Under the pieces are notes generated by a model. It did not search any database. It was not told the origin of the DNA and saw only the letters and a list, made by a program, of their open reading frames with translations. This document shows, piece after piece, positions 32,053-42,601 of a stretch of 64,000 bases of DNA. Within the stretch, counting starts at the first letter, position 1. Every line of letters begins with the position of its first letter. This DNA comes from an uncultured delta proteobacterium. Lineage in GTDB: Bacteria > Desulfobacterota > Desulfomonilia > UBA1062. Location: the NCBI GenBank assembly GCA_963752595.1, contig CAVVYZ010000001.1:7747-71746 (forward strand). The letters are read 5' to 3'. A program made the position numbers and the translations under genes.

Positions 32053-32532
32053 ATGAGGACGATGTTTGTTTTCAGAAAAATGAGAGGACTTTCTCTTTTT
32101 CTGACCATATTTTTCGTTTTCGCATGCAGTGGAGGCGGAGACGGAAGCGATGACAGTGACCCTCTATCAAGGGAGGACAATGACTCAGCAGCAAGCGAGG
32201 ATACCGCACTCGCTGTTGTTTCGGCATCCCCGTCAAACGGATCATTGGGGGTTCAAACGGATACTCAGATAGACATTACTTTCAATAATGCCATTGATCC
32301 ATGTACGATTAACATCAATACCTTCACGGTAAGCGTAAACAGGGTTTCTATCCCGGGAGACATATGTATAAACGACAACATACTTACCTTTTACCCGCGG
32401 CATCTGTTGTCAAACGGCGAAACCTATACGCTTAAGCTATCAACCGGAGTGAAAGATCTTGACGGCAATCCTCTGCCTCTCGATTTCATCGCTACATTCA
32501 CTACTGCAAATACTGATCAGATGACCCTTTAG
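32053..32532 (+). CDS. Lipoprotein with an SbsA-type Ig-like domain
   Basis: A signal peptide with lipobox FVFAC is present. The block VVSASPSNGSLGVQTDTQIDITFNNAIDPCTIN is typical of Ig-like (Big_5/SbsA) domains. Confidence 0.65.
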   Translation: MRTMFVFRKMRGLSLFLTIFFVFACSGGGDGSDDSDPLSREDNDSAASEDTALAVVSASPSNGSLGVQTDTQIDITFNNAIDPCTININTFTVSVNRVSIPGDICINDNILTFYPRHLLSNGETYTLKLSTGVKDLDGNPLPLDFIATFTTANTDQMTL

Positions 32533-32802
32533 CTGTCCTCAGGGTCAGTAAAGGGGATAGTTTTTACCAGTAAAGCGAAACCTGACACTGATACCGTTAA
32601 AGAGAAAAGTGAACCCGTCCCGATTTACCCGGCTAAAGCCTGTTTGGTGAGGCTTAAGGCAGGATGCGAAGATGTCGCCTTGTCTTCGAGAGATATAGCT
32701 GTACCATGTAACAGTAGACACGTTTCAATAGCCTCTACGGCAGCCGGATTATTCTGAAGTCGCAGCGGTGGCCGGAACCAGGGCGAGCGACTCGAGAACC
32801 TT

Positions 32803-34754
32803 ATGCAGAATGCAAGTGATGCCGTTATCATTGCCGGCGAGGATCTCAAGATCATGGAGGCAAACACCTTTGCCCGGGAAATGTATGGATACGGCAAGGA
32901 TGAGTTTACCGGCATGGATCTGATCGATCTCACGGCGCCGGATAAAAGAGACAGCATCGAGACCGTCATACGCCTCATCAGAGAGAAACACCAAGACAGA
33001 TTCGAAACAATGCATGTAAAGAAAGACGGAACCGTGTTCCCGGTTGAGATCAGCATCAGCGAGATGGAGATCTCGGGTATAAAGGTTTTGATGAGCATCA
33101 TCCGCGACCTCGCCGAACGCAAGCGATCCGCAGAGGCTTCATCCTGCATCGACCGTCAGTTCAGGCTGATCTTGGATGCAGGACCTACGCTGCTTTCGTA
33201 CATAGGCGCTGACACCCGCTATCGCTGGGTTAACGGAAACTATGAGAAATGGTTAGGCCGAACCGCCGAAGAGTTCCGCGGGATGAAGGTGCGGGAAGTT
33301 CTGGGCGAGGCGGCCTGGCGCAGCATCCGGCCGTACATAGAACGGGTACTGTCCGGGAAACAGTCACCTACGAGCAGGAACTGCTTCTCCCTAAAATAGG
33401 ACCGCGCTGGGTGCACATAACCTATACGCCCGACCGCGACGAATCAGGGCGCGTTCGAGGGTTTGTACTGCACGTCATAGATATCAGTCATCACAAGAAA
33501 GCGGAAGAGGCATTGCGCATCTCCGAAGCACGCTTCCGGAATCTTTTCGAACAAACGCCGCTGAGTATACAGATCCTCCATCCTGGCGGACGGACACTTG
33601 AAGTCAATAATGCATGGAAAAGTCTCTGGGGGCTGACGTACGACTTGGTAAGAGAGTACAACATACTCCAAGACAGGCAACTGGTAGATAGCGGCATCAT
33701 GCCTTACATACAGAAAGGTTTTGCCGGAGAGATAACCGATGTTCCGGTGACTCTGTATGATCCGGCCAAGATCGGCATTCCCGGAAGGCCCCGGTGGGTA
33801 AGGGCCTTGATCTATCCGGTAAAAAGTGAAAACGGTAGTATTCTTCAGGTTGTACTGATGCATATAGACGTAACCGAACTTGTGGAGGCGCAATCTGCTT
33901 TGAGAAAAGCCAAAGATAATCTGGAAAGCCTCGTAGAGGAGCGGACGAAAGAGCTCGCGGAAAGGAACAAAGAGCTGATTCAGGAAGTGGCAGAGCGCAG
34001 AAAAGCCGAAGAAGAGAAGAGCAAAGTAGAGATGCAGCTCGTTCAATCCCAGAAAATAGATGCTCTGGGAAGGTTTGCCGGCGGTATTGCCCATGACCTG
34101 AACAATATCCTCTATCCCATCATCATCAACACCGAGATGCTTCTTGACGATGCCGACCCGGGGACAGAGCTTTATGAAATGCTGGATCAGACGTTGCAGG
34201 CAGCTCGCCGGCAAAAGGACCTGGTAAGGCAGATCCTCTCCTTCAGCAGGAAGAGCGAGCAGAAGCTTGAGCCCATAGAGACGGCACCCCTGGTAAAGGA
34301 GACGCTCGCATTTTTACGCTCTTCACTGCCCAGCACCATCGAGATCAGATCTCATATCAATGTTCGCGAAGATATGATCATGGGAGATTCGGGCCAGATT
34401 CAGCAGGTTATCATGAATCTCTGCAGAAATGCCGCAGATTCACTGGAATCTCAGAGTGGTGTTATCGAGGTAAGCCTTGAAAACATCCGGGTAGAGTCGC
34501 TCCCGGGTCATCCGGAAATGAAACCGGGCGAATATCTTCGTCTGAACGTGAAGGATACGGGCCGCGGGATGACAGCCGATGAGCTTGAGAAAATCTTTGA
34601 GCCGTTCTTTACTACAAAGGAAGTCGGGAAAGGCAGCGGAATGGGACTGGCCATCATTCATGGGATCGTGAAGGACCACGGCGGCGTCGTTACGGTGGAG
34701 AGCGAGCCGGGAAAAGGTTCTCTCTTTACCGTGTATCTACCCTCTCTCCGCTGA
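32803..34754 (+). pseudogene. Triple-PAS sensor histidine kinase, one frameshift near 33361
   Basis: ORFs 32803-33399 and 33249-34754 are colinear. The frame is restored by adding one G at CAG-TCACC (33361-33368). An H-box GGIAHDLNN and HATPase motifs DTGRGM/GSGMGL are present. It is a paralogue of the kinase core at 18261-19382. Confidence 0.8.
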
Positions 34755-34809
34755 AAAACTCAGATAAAACGAAAGAGCATCAAAGCACTCATAATAACCA
34801 TGGGAAAGA

Positions 34810-34851
34810 GGGGAGACCCACGTATAGAGAACCCGGCCTCCCCATTTTTTT
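34810..34851 (+). terminator. Rho-independent terminator candidate after the histidine kinase
   Basis: GGGGAGACC (34810-34818) pairs with GGCCTCCCC (34835-34843), a 9-bp stem with 1 mismatch, and is followed by ATTTTTTT. Confidence 0.5.
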
Positions 34852-34858
34852 CTCAAGC

Positions 34859-35365
34859 TCAACCCAGGCAATCGGCGAGCTTGTCGAAGGATTCGCTCCA
34901 TCCCTGCTGTATATCGTTACGATCAGAGTCTTTGATCCTGTCGATGCCTGAATGCTTCAGGGTGAGCTTCGTCTTTCCTCCATCTTCTTCGAACGTCACC
35001 GTCACCAGCATTTCAAGCGGCCGGTCTCCGCTCATTCCATAGTACGAAGCAGGGACAATGTTGCCTTTCTCATCCGCAAAGGAATCGGTCATGACGAGCC
35101 GTTCCGATTCTTTGATTTCGCGAAACTCGCCTTTGCTCCAGAATTCCTTGCCGTCGGGCGATCGCATGCTGTTGATATATTTTCCTCCCACGTGGGGATC
35201 TATCTTACATGCAGGGGCAGTGAAGCCTTTGGGCCCCCACCATCGAGTCAGGCGGTCACAATCCGTCCAAGCCTTGAACACACGCTCGCGCGGTGCGTCG
35301 AAGATGCGCGTGATCACAAGCTCATCCTTCGCGGACTCTCCGGAAGAACTTCCTATCGTAGCCAT
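34859..35365 (-). CDS. SRPBCC / AHSA1-family protein
   Basis: The block ITRIFDAPRERVFKAWTDCDRLTRWWGPKGF is typical of Aha1/SRPBCC proteins. Intact 168-aa ORF. Confidence 0.85.
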   Translation of the reverse strand: MATIGSSSGESAKDELVITRIFDAPRERVFKAWTDCDRLTRWWGPKGFTAPACKIDPHVGGKYINSMRSPDGKEFWSKGEFREIKESERLVMTDSFADEKGNIVPASYYGMSGDRPLEMLVTVTFEEDGGKTKLTLKHSGIDRIKDSDRNDIQQGWSESFDKLADCLG

Positions 35366-35517
35366 GTTTTCTCTCCTTTCTTGTTATTCAGCTTTGCGGC
35401 CGTGTGCGATCCGGCCGGTGCACTATCGGTGCATTATTATATTTAGATGCAAAAAATTATGAGATGGATCATCTGCATTCTCAGGTGACGCCAAATGAGT
35501 GACCGCGCCGGGGAAGC

Positions 35518-37365
35518 CTATCTAAGCAGGCATTCGCGGCCGTTCTGGATGAAGCATGATTTCAGGTCCTGGTACTTCTCCGGGGTCAGGAGGTAATAGT
35601 TCTCATCCCCCTTGGTCCGGTAGTACACCACCATGTCGGGATTGCTCTCGATGTTGTAATGATCCCGCTTGTAGGGACGGACCACGATCTTGTGCGTGTC
35701 GGTCACGGGGAAGCTGTCGATGACCCGGATGAAGTCGGGCATCCACTTGGGGTCCATGCCTCCATCCTGCTGCTGCCGGATCAGCCAGGCATGGACTGCT
35801 TCAGGGTCGAACCGGGCATCTTTCTTGAGCTGGACCGCCACCATGACCTTCTCGTCTGCCACGTCGCACGGCGCGCCGTAGGCAATGGCGCAATCCACCC
35901 CGGGCATCTCCTGGGCATACTGCAGTACATTCTCTGCGGAGAAGTTTTCGCCGTCCTTGCGTATCCAGTCGTCGGTGCGGCCGTTGAAATACAGGTAGCG
36001 CTTGCGGCCTATCATCCGGACATGGCCCAGGTCGCCCGAATGGTAGATCCCGTCTCTGAACTTCTGCGTGGTGGCCTTGGCGTCGCCGATATAGCCCTCG
36101 AACCTGAGGTTGTCGCTGTCCACCCTGCTGCAGATCTCGCCCACGGCCTGGTCGTAATTCGTGAGATATCCGTTCGCGTCCGTGATACCGGGAGCGCATT
36201 CCCGGCACTGCTCATCGAGGATCACGACCGAGCCCGTCACCCGGCCCACGGAATCGATGGGGTCGCCCGGCCGGTTGGCTGTGGTGATGACCGCCTCCGT
36301 GGACCCGTAGATCTCGAAGATGTGTTCCATGCCGAGCCAGCGCATCAATTTCTTGCGGTCCACCGCCGAGGCCCCGTTTCCGTAGGCGCGCCGGAACCGG
36401 TTCTTCGGATGCCTTGCCAGCGCCTTTTCCACGGCCTCGGGGCTGCCGTATTTCTTTTCCAGGGCATCGATAATGTAGTGGAGCGGCTGGCCGACATAGT
36501 TCAGGAAGGTCACGCCATGGGCCAGCATGTCCTCCTCGAAGGCCCGGGCGCTGAAGCGGGGCTTGAGCACGAAGCTGCTCCCCGCGATCATCTGCGGCAG
36601 GATGCCGATGTACCAGGCATTCGAGTGGAAGAGCGGCATGGAGATGTAGCCGCGGTCTTTTTTGGTGAGGCGGACATCGGACTCGACGACGAACCCTGCT
36701 CCCACGAGCTTGATATGCGTGCAGGGCACCGCCTTGGGGAGACTGGTGGTGCCGGAGGTATAGATGATGAGAACCGGGCTGAAATTGTCGATGGGCACCA
36801 TGCCTGGTTTTACGGCAGCAGGCAAGGCCTGTGCGATGGCTTGTTCCAGCACACGGTAGCTCCTGCCGGCGACCTCTTTTTCGCTGCCTGCAAACAGGAT
36901 ATCCCTGCGGCCGAGCACGGTGATGCCCGGCAGGGCGCTTTCCACTTCCGCGGCCGAGCCTAAGTTCGTTATCAGGCGGGCGATCTTCGCCTGGTTGATG
37001 ACCTTGGCCAGTGTGTCCCCGCGGAAACCGGTGTTGATGGCAAAGAGAATCGAATTGCTCAAGCCTGCGGCGAGTGAGGCGAAGATGAACTCCGGGGTGT
37101 TCTCCATGTAGATACCCAGCGCCAAGCGCTCGCTGCCGGCCAGTTTTCCGCCCTCCACGAGCCTGCTGCGCTCGGCGAGGAAGAAATCGGCATAGCGCTG
37201 TGCCTGACTGTAGACCTCGCCATAGGTATATTCCCTGCCTTCAAAGATGAAGAAGGTCCGGTTGCGCCTCAGCAGAAGCCACGACATGGTGAGTTTGATC
37301 ATAGTCCTGAAATTGACAAACCCAAAGAAGGTGCGGATAATGGTTTTCAAGTTAATGCGTTTCAT
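35518..37365 (-). CDS. Long-chain acyl-CoA synthetase / FATP-like AMP-binding enzyme
   Basis: Intact 615 aa with AMP-binding motifs IIYTSGTTSLPKAV, EIYGSTE and YHSGDLG. Confidence 0.85.
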   Translation of the reverse strand: MKRINLKTIIRTFFGFVNFRTMIKLTMSWLLLRRNRTFFIFEGREYTYGEVYSQAQRYADFFLAERSRLVEGGKLAGSERLALGIYMENTPEFIFASLAAGLSNSILFAINTGFRGDTLAKVINQAKIARLITNLGSAAEVESALPGITVLGRRDILFAGSEKEVAGRSYRVLEQAIAQALPAAVKPGMVPIDNFSPVLIIYTSGTTSLPKAVPCTHIKLVGAGFVVESDVRLTKKDRGYISMPLFHSNAWYIGILPQMIAGSSFVLKPRFSARAFEEDMLAHGVTFLNYVGQPLHYIIDALEKKYGSPEAVEKALARHPKNRFRRAYGNGASAVDRKKLMRWLGMEHIFEIYGSTEAVITTANRPGDPIDSVGRVTGSVVILDEQCRECAPGITDANGYLTNYDQAVGEICSRVDSDNLRFEGYIGDAKATTQKFRDGIYHSGDLGHVRMIGRKRYLYFNGRTDDWIRKDGENFSAENVLQYAQEMPGVDCAIAYGAPCDVADEKVMVAVQLKKDARFDPEAVHAWLIRQQQDGGMDPKWMPDFIRVIDSFPVTDTHKIVVRPYKRDHYNIESNPDMVVYYRTKGDENYYLLTPEKYQDLKSCFIQNGRECLLR

Positions 37366-37556
37366 GCCAGGCCCTCCGGGAGTAAAGATCTCTCAACCTT
37401 CTTAATATACTATGAATATTGAGATTATGAAACGTATTTTATAGACAGAAAGGTCATGTGCCGGTTCCGAATGTACGATGCGAAACCGTCGGGGTGATCG
37501 GGAGCGGATTAATGAATGGGGCCAGGGTACATTTTTCTGTTGTGCAGAAGCTTGGT

Positions 37557-37910
37557 TCAAGGCTTTTCCTGAACAGTATAGTGAATGGTCATGACCCTGA
37601 TGCGGCCGTCTTTTATCCAATAAGAATCCGCCCCATCGTCTATGCGTGCGCGGTCAGTATCCGCAGTCCATTCGAGAAAGGCCAGCTCTCCATGCCAGAG
37701 ACGTGTGCGGTATTCGTACCGGGTCTTCCCGATCTGCTCGTCCAGGAGGTCGGCGGCTTTACGCGCCCCATCCAGGCCCGAGAAAACACCGTAGCCGGTA
37801 AGGAGGACGCAGTCTTCGGAGAAATTGCGACGTAGATCTGTTTTGACATCTCCTTTCTGAGCCAGATCGAGATGATCTTCAAAGACTTCCTGTGTTGAAC
37901 GGATCTGCAT
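37557..37910 (-). CDS. NTF2/SnoaL-like small protein
   Basis: 117 aa with a pattern consistent with the SnoaL-like fold (weak, by eye). Confidence 0.5.
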   Translation of the reverse strand: MQIRSTQEVFEDHLDLAQKGDVKTDLRRNFSEDCVLLTGYGVFSGLDGARKAADLLDEQIGKTRYEYRTRLWHGELAFLEWTADTDRARIDDGADSYWIKDGRIRVMTIHYTVQEKP

Positions 37911-38177
37911 GGCACATCCCTCATTCTTGCAGAGTCATTGGATAGACTTGAATTATACAATATATAATAGCAAAATAGCACCCGGATGGGTCTCTTCAAG
38001 CTTGAAAAAGGATGCAATGCCCTCGAAGGATAAATGGCGGGATAAATGGGGACGTGCTCACATTAAGAGAGAAATATGAATCCGCTCCCGGTTCCCATTG
38101 ATCAGCTGTTACAGAGCTCCGGAAAGCTCATAGTTTTCTGGTACCCTCTGTCGTCTTCCGGAGCCCGGTTATCGATT

Positions 38178-38648
38178 TCAATTGCACTCCCCCACATTGG
38201 ACAATGCTGCATAGACGACCACCTTCTGGCCGGCCATATTTGCAACCTTGTAATATGAGCACTTGGCCTCGGGAGTATTGTTGTTCTTAGGGTTGGGCCA
38301 CAAGTAGCTGGTCCACCCAGCCCCGTCCTTCTTTGCCTTGCCGAGCATTTCCGCACCAAAATATTTCCCGCCTGCATCTTTGATAGTCATGCAGTTCTTT
38401 CCCAGGAGCTCCTTTGCAACCGGATGCATGATGACTACCGCATCCATATTCGTCACATAGATATAGCCCTCTCCCCCTGCAAAACGATACGGTTTCAGCT
38501 CATCCAGGCCTGCTTTTCCCTTGCTTTCAACCACCTTGACTCCATAATCCACCCCATCCATCAATTCTTTCTTCCGATCTTCTGCGAAAGCAGGATGACT
38601 GAGAGCAATGGCCACAAGACATACGAATGCCGTTTTGAAAATCTTCAT
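38178..38648 (-). CDS. Periplasmic single-Cache-domain protein with no output domain
   Basis: GGAGGA plus ATG at 38648 and a signal peptide MKIFKTAFVCLVAIALSHPAFA are present. The blocks GEGYIYVTNMDAVVIMHP...GKYFGAEM...GAGWTSYLWP are typical of sCache_2. Confidence 0.7.
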   Translation of the reverse strand: MKIFKTAFVCLVAIALSHPAFAEDRKKELMDGVDYGVKVVESKGKAGLDELKPYRFAGGEGYIYVTNMDAVVIMHPVAKELLGKNCMTIKDAGGKYFGAEMLGKAKKDGAGWTSYLWPNPKNNNTPEAKCSYYKVANMAGQKVVVYAALSNVGECN

Positions 38649-38989
38649 AGTGTATTCCTCCAGAGATGTTTTATTGATTATTTTATCGGATAATATGTGA
38701 CCGGTTATAATGAAAATATCCGGCATGACGCCTTGTTATCGAGAGATGTGGCGGTACCATGGGATACATTGCACTCACCACAGATATCTATGGAAACGGC
38801 CATGTTGCGAAAGATCGGAACGAAGAAAAAGCACTTTCCGAAAAATTCATGCAGGGCGACCGCAAACTCCTCCTGGACTTTGCCGAGATATTCAAATAGG
38901 CAAAGGGAGAGCAAAGCCCGTGTCCCGCTTAAACTCTTCAGTATCGTCCAATCTTGATTTGTATAAAAAAGACAATTAAGTATAAAGGC

Positions 38990-39280
38990 TTATACATAGA
39001 GGCCTTCATCTTTTTTATACCAGAATGCAAATATCCAGCTTCCCGTTTCATTGATAGTTACCGGGAGGGGGTCGGATAAATGTACGATGGTCCCGACACT
39101 GTTGGGAACTTCATGAACCGTGAATCCCGCACCCTTATATTCGCCGTCAGCGAACTCTGTCTCATCCTGGGTAAACCCATAAGCACCACAGGAACACCTG
39201 ACGAACCAGAGGTCCGCATCTTCATTATCCAGCACGTGACGTTTTCCACAGAAGATGCATCTTACAATTAGAGTAATCAT
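38990..39280 (-). CDS. Hypothetical small Cys-rich (zinc-ribbon-like) protein
   Basis: A 96-aa version starts at MITLIVRCIFCGKRH...RCSCGAYG. I recognise no homologue, so the gene call itself is tentative. Confidence 0.3.
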   Translation of the reverse strand: MITLIVRCIFCGKRHVLDNEDADLWFVRCSCGAYGFTQDETEFADGEYKGAGFTVHEVPNSVGTIVHLSDPLPVTINETGSWIFAFWYKKDEGLYV

Positions 39281-39458
39281 AAGATTATGTGTGTGGGTGA
39301 GTGTTTTAAATGTCAACCTGTGTAAAAGGTCAATATTTACCGGATGATTCGGGCACAGAGCCGCATTTCTCATGATACAGCACGGGAAATACGAGCAGGA
39401 ACAATCGGCTTCCTGCAATATTCCTGCTGAGAGAGTTGACCATGAAGCCTTTGTGCCT

Positions 39459-39506
39459 CACCAGGGCCATCCTCTTATCATGCTCCATGACGATTTTCTG
39501 ATCCAT
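39459..39506 (-). repeat. 48-bp copy (46/48 identical) of the first 16 codons of mgsA
   Basis: 39459-39506 aligns with 31316-31363 with 2 mismatches. The copy starts exactly at the ATG and lacks the mgsA Shine-Dalgarno sequence. Confidence 0.9.
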
Positions 39507-39627
39507 TAAGACCCTGATTGTTCAGACGTAATAATACAAAATCTGATCCGTGTTTGCGTGTTCATGCCAGGCAGCCGTAGCTCATAGAGAAACGGCTGCT
39601 TTCTGCTATAATTAATCTTCATTACCC

Positions 39628-40782
39628 ATGAATGATCAAACCGATGTGCCTTTCTCTCAGGGAACAGTCAGCTTCAGTAGGATAAATAATGAAACTCTGC
39701 TGGTAAGGCTAGCGGGGGCCTGGGAAACAAAGTCCGAAGTGCCCTCGGCAGAAGAAGCCATGAAGCGGACCGGCTTCGATCCGGATATGCGGTTCATGAC
39801 ATTCGAAAGTTCGGAGCTCGTTTCCTGGGACAGCAGTCTGCCGGCATTCCTTGCCGGTCTGAAAGATCGGACGGATGCCAAGGGGATCACGATGGTTTCT
39901 GCCGGTCTCCCAGAGGGTGTTGTGCGGCTGCTGAAAATTGCCTCAGAAGCAAAGGATCTCAAAGGCATACTTGATATGCCTGCAAAAATGTCCTTTGTCG
40001 AATCCATCGGTGCGAGAACAATTTCCCTTGCCCGCTTTGCCTGGGATGTGCTGGCCTTTGTCGGTCAATCATCCCTGGCCTTATTCAATCTTTTCAAGGG
40101 CAGAGCACGGTACCGGCCTTCCGACATGGCCCTCTTCATCTATGAAAGCGGCGCACAGGCACTGCCCATCGTGTCACTGATCAGCATCCTCGTGGGGCTC
40201 ATCCTCGGCTTCGTCGGCGTGATCGAACTGCGGACGTTCGGTGCGGAGATCTTTATTGCCGATCTCGTGGGGATCTCCATGGCCCGGGAGATGGGCCCGA
40301 TGATGACGGCCATCATCATGACAGGACGTACAGGCGCAGCCTATGCTACGCAGATCGGAACCATGGAGACGAATGAAGAGATAGATGCATTGAAAACAAT
40401 TGGTTTTCCTCCCCTGGAATTTCTCGTGGCACCCCGGATGCTTGCCTTGATTCTCATGATGCCTCTCCTGTGCGTGTATGCCGACATCATGGGTATACTC
40501 GGCGGAGCGATTGTGGGTATAGGGATGGCCGGGATTCCCGCTTCCCAATATTATACGGAATCCGTGTCGGCACTCACGTTGACGGAATTTACCATCGGTG
40601 TTGTCAAAAGCGCTTTCTATGCTGTTCTCATCGCCCTGTCAGGCTGCTTCTATGGGATAAGGGCTTCGCGGAGCGCTATGGCGGTGGGCTATGCAGCAAC
40701 GAGGGCAGTTGTCACGGGAATCGTTTTGATCGTAGTTGCTGACGGCATTTTTGCTGTCATCACAAGCATTCTCAATATCTAG
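39628..40782 (+). CDS. MlaE-type ABC permease with an N-terminal STAS (MlaB-like) extension
   Basis: 384 aa. The first roughly 120 aa look STAS-like (LLVRLAGAW...FESSELVSWDSS). The remainder is a typical MlaE/YrbE permease (EIDALKTIGFPP...). Confidence 0.85.
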   Translation: MNDQTDVPFSQGTVSFSRINNETLLVRLAGAWETKSEVPSAEEAMKRTGFDPDMRFMTFESSELVSWDSSLPAFLAGLKDRTDAKGITMVSAGLPEGVVRLLKIASEAKDLKGILDMPAKMSFVESIGARTISLARFAWDVLAFVGQSSLALFNLFKGRARYRPSDMALFIYESGAQALPIVSLISILVGLILGFVGVIELRTFGAEIFIADLVGISMAREMGPMMTAIIMTGRTGAAYATQIGTMETNEEIDALKTIGFPPLEFLVAPRMLALILMMPLLCVYADIMGILGGAIVGIGMAGIPASQYYTESVSALTLTEFTIGVVKSAFYAVLIALSGCFYGIRASRSAMAVGYAATRAVVTGIVLIVVADGIFAVITSILNI

Positions 40783-40785
40783 CGT

Positions 40786-41592
40786 ATGGCACAGTCACGG
40801 AAGGAAGAGAAAGCAGACAGACCCCATATCACGGTGCGCAATCTCACCCTTGCCTATGGCAGCGCCTTGGTTTTGAAAGATATCGATTTTTCCGTGGACA
40901 GAGAGGACATCTTCATTATCATGGGTGTGAACGGCTGCGGGAAGAGTACGCTGCTGAAGTCCATGATCGGCCTGAAGCAGCCTGTAAAAGGCCAGATATT
41001 CTATGACGGCATCAACTTCTGGGATACAGCCCCTGATATCCGCAGCCGGGTTTTGATGCGGATCGGCATTCTGTACCAGAAAAACGCCCTCTGGAGCTCC
41101 ATGACCCTGGGAGAGAACGTAGGGCTTCCCCTTGAAGAGTTCACTGAACTCGGCAAGGACCGGATCCGGGAGATCGTTTCGTTCAAGCTGTCTCTCGTTG
41201 GTCTCGGGGGTTTTGAAAAGTACTTTCCTTCACAGCTCAGCGGCGGGATGCAGAAGCGGGCAGCACTCGCCCGTGCCATGTCCCTGGACCCCGAGATCCT
41301 GTTTTTCGATGAACCCTCGGCCGGGCTTGACCCGGTAAATGCAGGCCTGCTGGATGATCTGATTCTGGATCTCAACGAGAGCATGAAGACGACGATCGTC
41401 GTCATATCCCATGACCTTGAAAGCATATTCGCCATCGGCAACACGGCCATATTTCTCGATCCTGAAGCAAAAACGGTCATAGCTGCCGGCAACCCGAAGC
41501 AGCTTCTGGAGGAATCCCAAAACCCGAAAGTGAGGCTGTTCCTGACAAGGGGACGGGCGAATATCGGGAAAGGGTATTCTGCCGGGAGCTGA
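40786..41592 (+). CDS. MlaF-type ABC transporter ATPase
   Basis: Walker A GVNGCGKST, signature LSGGMQKRAALARA and Walker B ILFFDEPSAGLD are present. Confidence 0.9.
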   Translation: MAQSRKEEKADRPHITVRNLTLAYGSALVLKDIDFSVDREDIFIIMGVNGCGKSTLLKSMIGLKQPVKGQIFYDGINFWDTAPDIRSRVLMRIGILYQKNALWSSMTLGENVGLPLEEFTELGKDRIREIVSFKLSLVGLGGFEKYFPSQLSGGMQKRAALARAMSLDPEILFFDEPSAGLDPVNAGLLDDLILDLNESMKTTIVVISHDLESIFAIGNTAIFLDPEAKTVIAAGNPKQLLEESQNPKVRLFLTRGRANIGKGYSAGS

Positions 41593-41619
41593 TCCGGCTA
41601 TTTATATGATTATGAGGGC

Positions 41620-42597
41620 ATGATGAAGAAGCTTAATGTTACCTTGATCGGGGTTTTTGTCCTGGGTGCAGTAATACTTGCCATAATAGGAGTCGTTGCC
41701 CTTGGAGCGGGAAGATTCTTTACCAGGCACCCTACGTTTGTGATGTATTTCAGAGGGTCGGCAAAAGGTCTCGATACAGGGGCATCGGTCGTGTTCAAAG
41801 GTGTGAAGGTGGGCAAGGTGACCAGTATCGGGCTTGAGTATAATCCTGCTGGAAAGTCTGTCCTCATAGTCGTGCTTGCCGAGATAAACCTGAAAGCCAT
41901 TACCCGGACGCCCGGTGAAACAGCCACGCAGGATTTCTTTATGCAGCTTATACATGAGGGCCTCAAGGCACAATTCCAGTACGAGAATTACATGACCGGC
42001 CAGCTTCTCATCGACCTCGATTTCTTTCCGCAAAAGCCTTTCATCCTGGTGAAATCCAATCTGGCATACCCCCAGATACCTACCATGCCTTCAGCCATTG
42101 AAGAGCTGTCCAAAGCGTTCGAAAGCCTGCCCCTCGAAGAGCTTGCAACCAAATTGATGCGTTTGATGGAAGGTGTCGAGCGTGCTGCGAATTCATCGGA
42201 TTTCAGAAACACATTGGTTTCCCTGAAAGCCGCACTTGATGAGATCCGAAGCCTGACAGAGAACATAAACAGGAACGCGGTTCCCCTGATATCGGACATG
42301 AGATCGACCTTAAAGGATTCAAGGAAGCTGCTGCAGGATTTCGATAAGCGCTCGGTATCCCTGCTGGCAAGTATGGAGAAAACCACCGAGGCTACCCGAT
42401 CGGCAGTCATAAAGGCCCAGGATACACTCAAAGCGGTCGAGCGTTCCGGAACAACCGATTCGCAGCTCCTATACCAACTGACACAAGCCCTGGAAAAGGT
42501 CGCGGCTGCAGCTGATTCGATGCGGGCCCTTTCCGATTATCTCAACCGCCACCCTGAGGCGCTCCTGCGCGGTAAAGGTGCATCGGATGAAAAATAA
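41620..42597 (+). CDS. MlaD/MCE-domain protein
   Basis: An N-terminal TM segment is followed by an MCE fold signature (GLDTGASVVFKGVKVGKVTSI) and a long helical C-terminus. Confidence 0.85.
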   Translation: MMKKLNVTLIGVFVLGAVILAIIGVVALGAGRFFTRHPTFVMYFRGSAKGLDTGASVVFKGVKVGKVTSIGLEYNPAGKSVLIVVLAEINLKAITRTPGETATQDFFMQLIHEGLKAQFQYENYMTGQLLIDLDFFPQKPFILVKSNLAYPQIPTMPSAIEELSKAFESLPLEELATKLMRLMEGVERAANSSDFRNTLVSLKAALDEIRSLTENINRNAVPLISDMRSTLKDSRKLLQDFDKRSVSLLASMEKTTEATRSAVIKAQDTLKAVERSGTTDSQLLYQLTQALEKVAAAADSMRALSDYLNRHPEALLRGKGASDEK

Positions 42598-42601
42598 AGC
42601 C

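Noticed and set aside
32625-33149. A 174-aa minus-strand ORF
   Set aside because: It largely overlaps the PAS histidine kinase gene in antisense and has no recognisable features.
35659-36963. A 434-aa plus-strand ORF
   Set aside because: It is antisense to the intact acyl-CoA synthetase gene, with no recognisable motifs. It is a high-GC shadow ORF.
38116-38164. A perfect 9-bp inverted repeat (GCTCCGGAA ... TTCCGGAGC) 14 nt downstream of the Cache gene stop
   Set aside because: The loop is 31 nt and no U-tract follows on either strand. This is too weak to call a terminator or a defined regulatory element.
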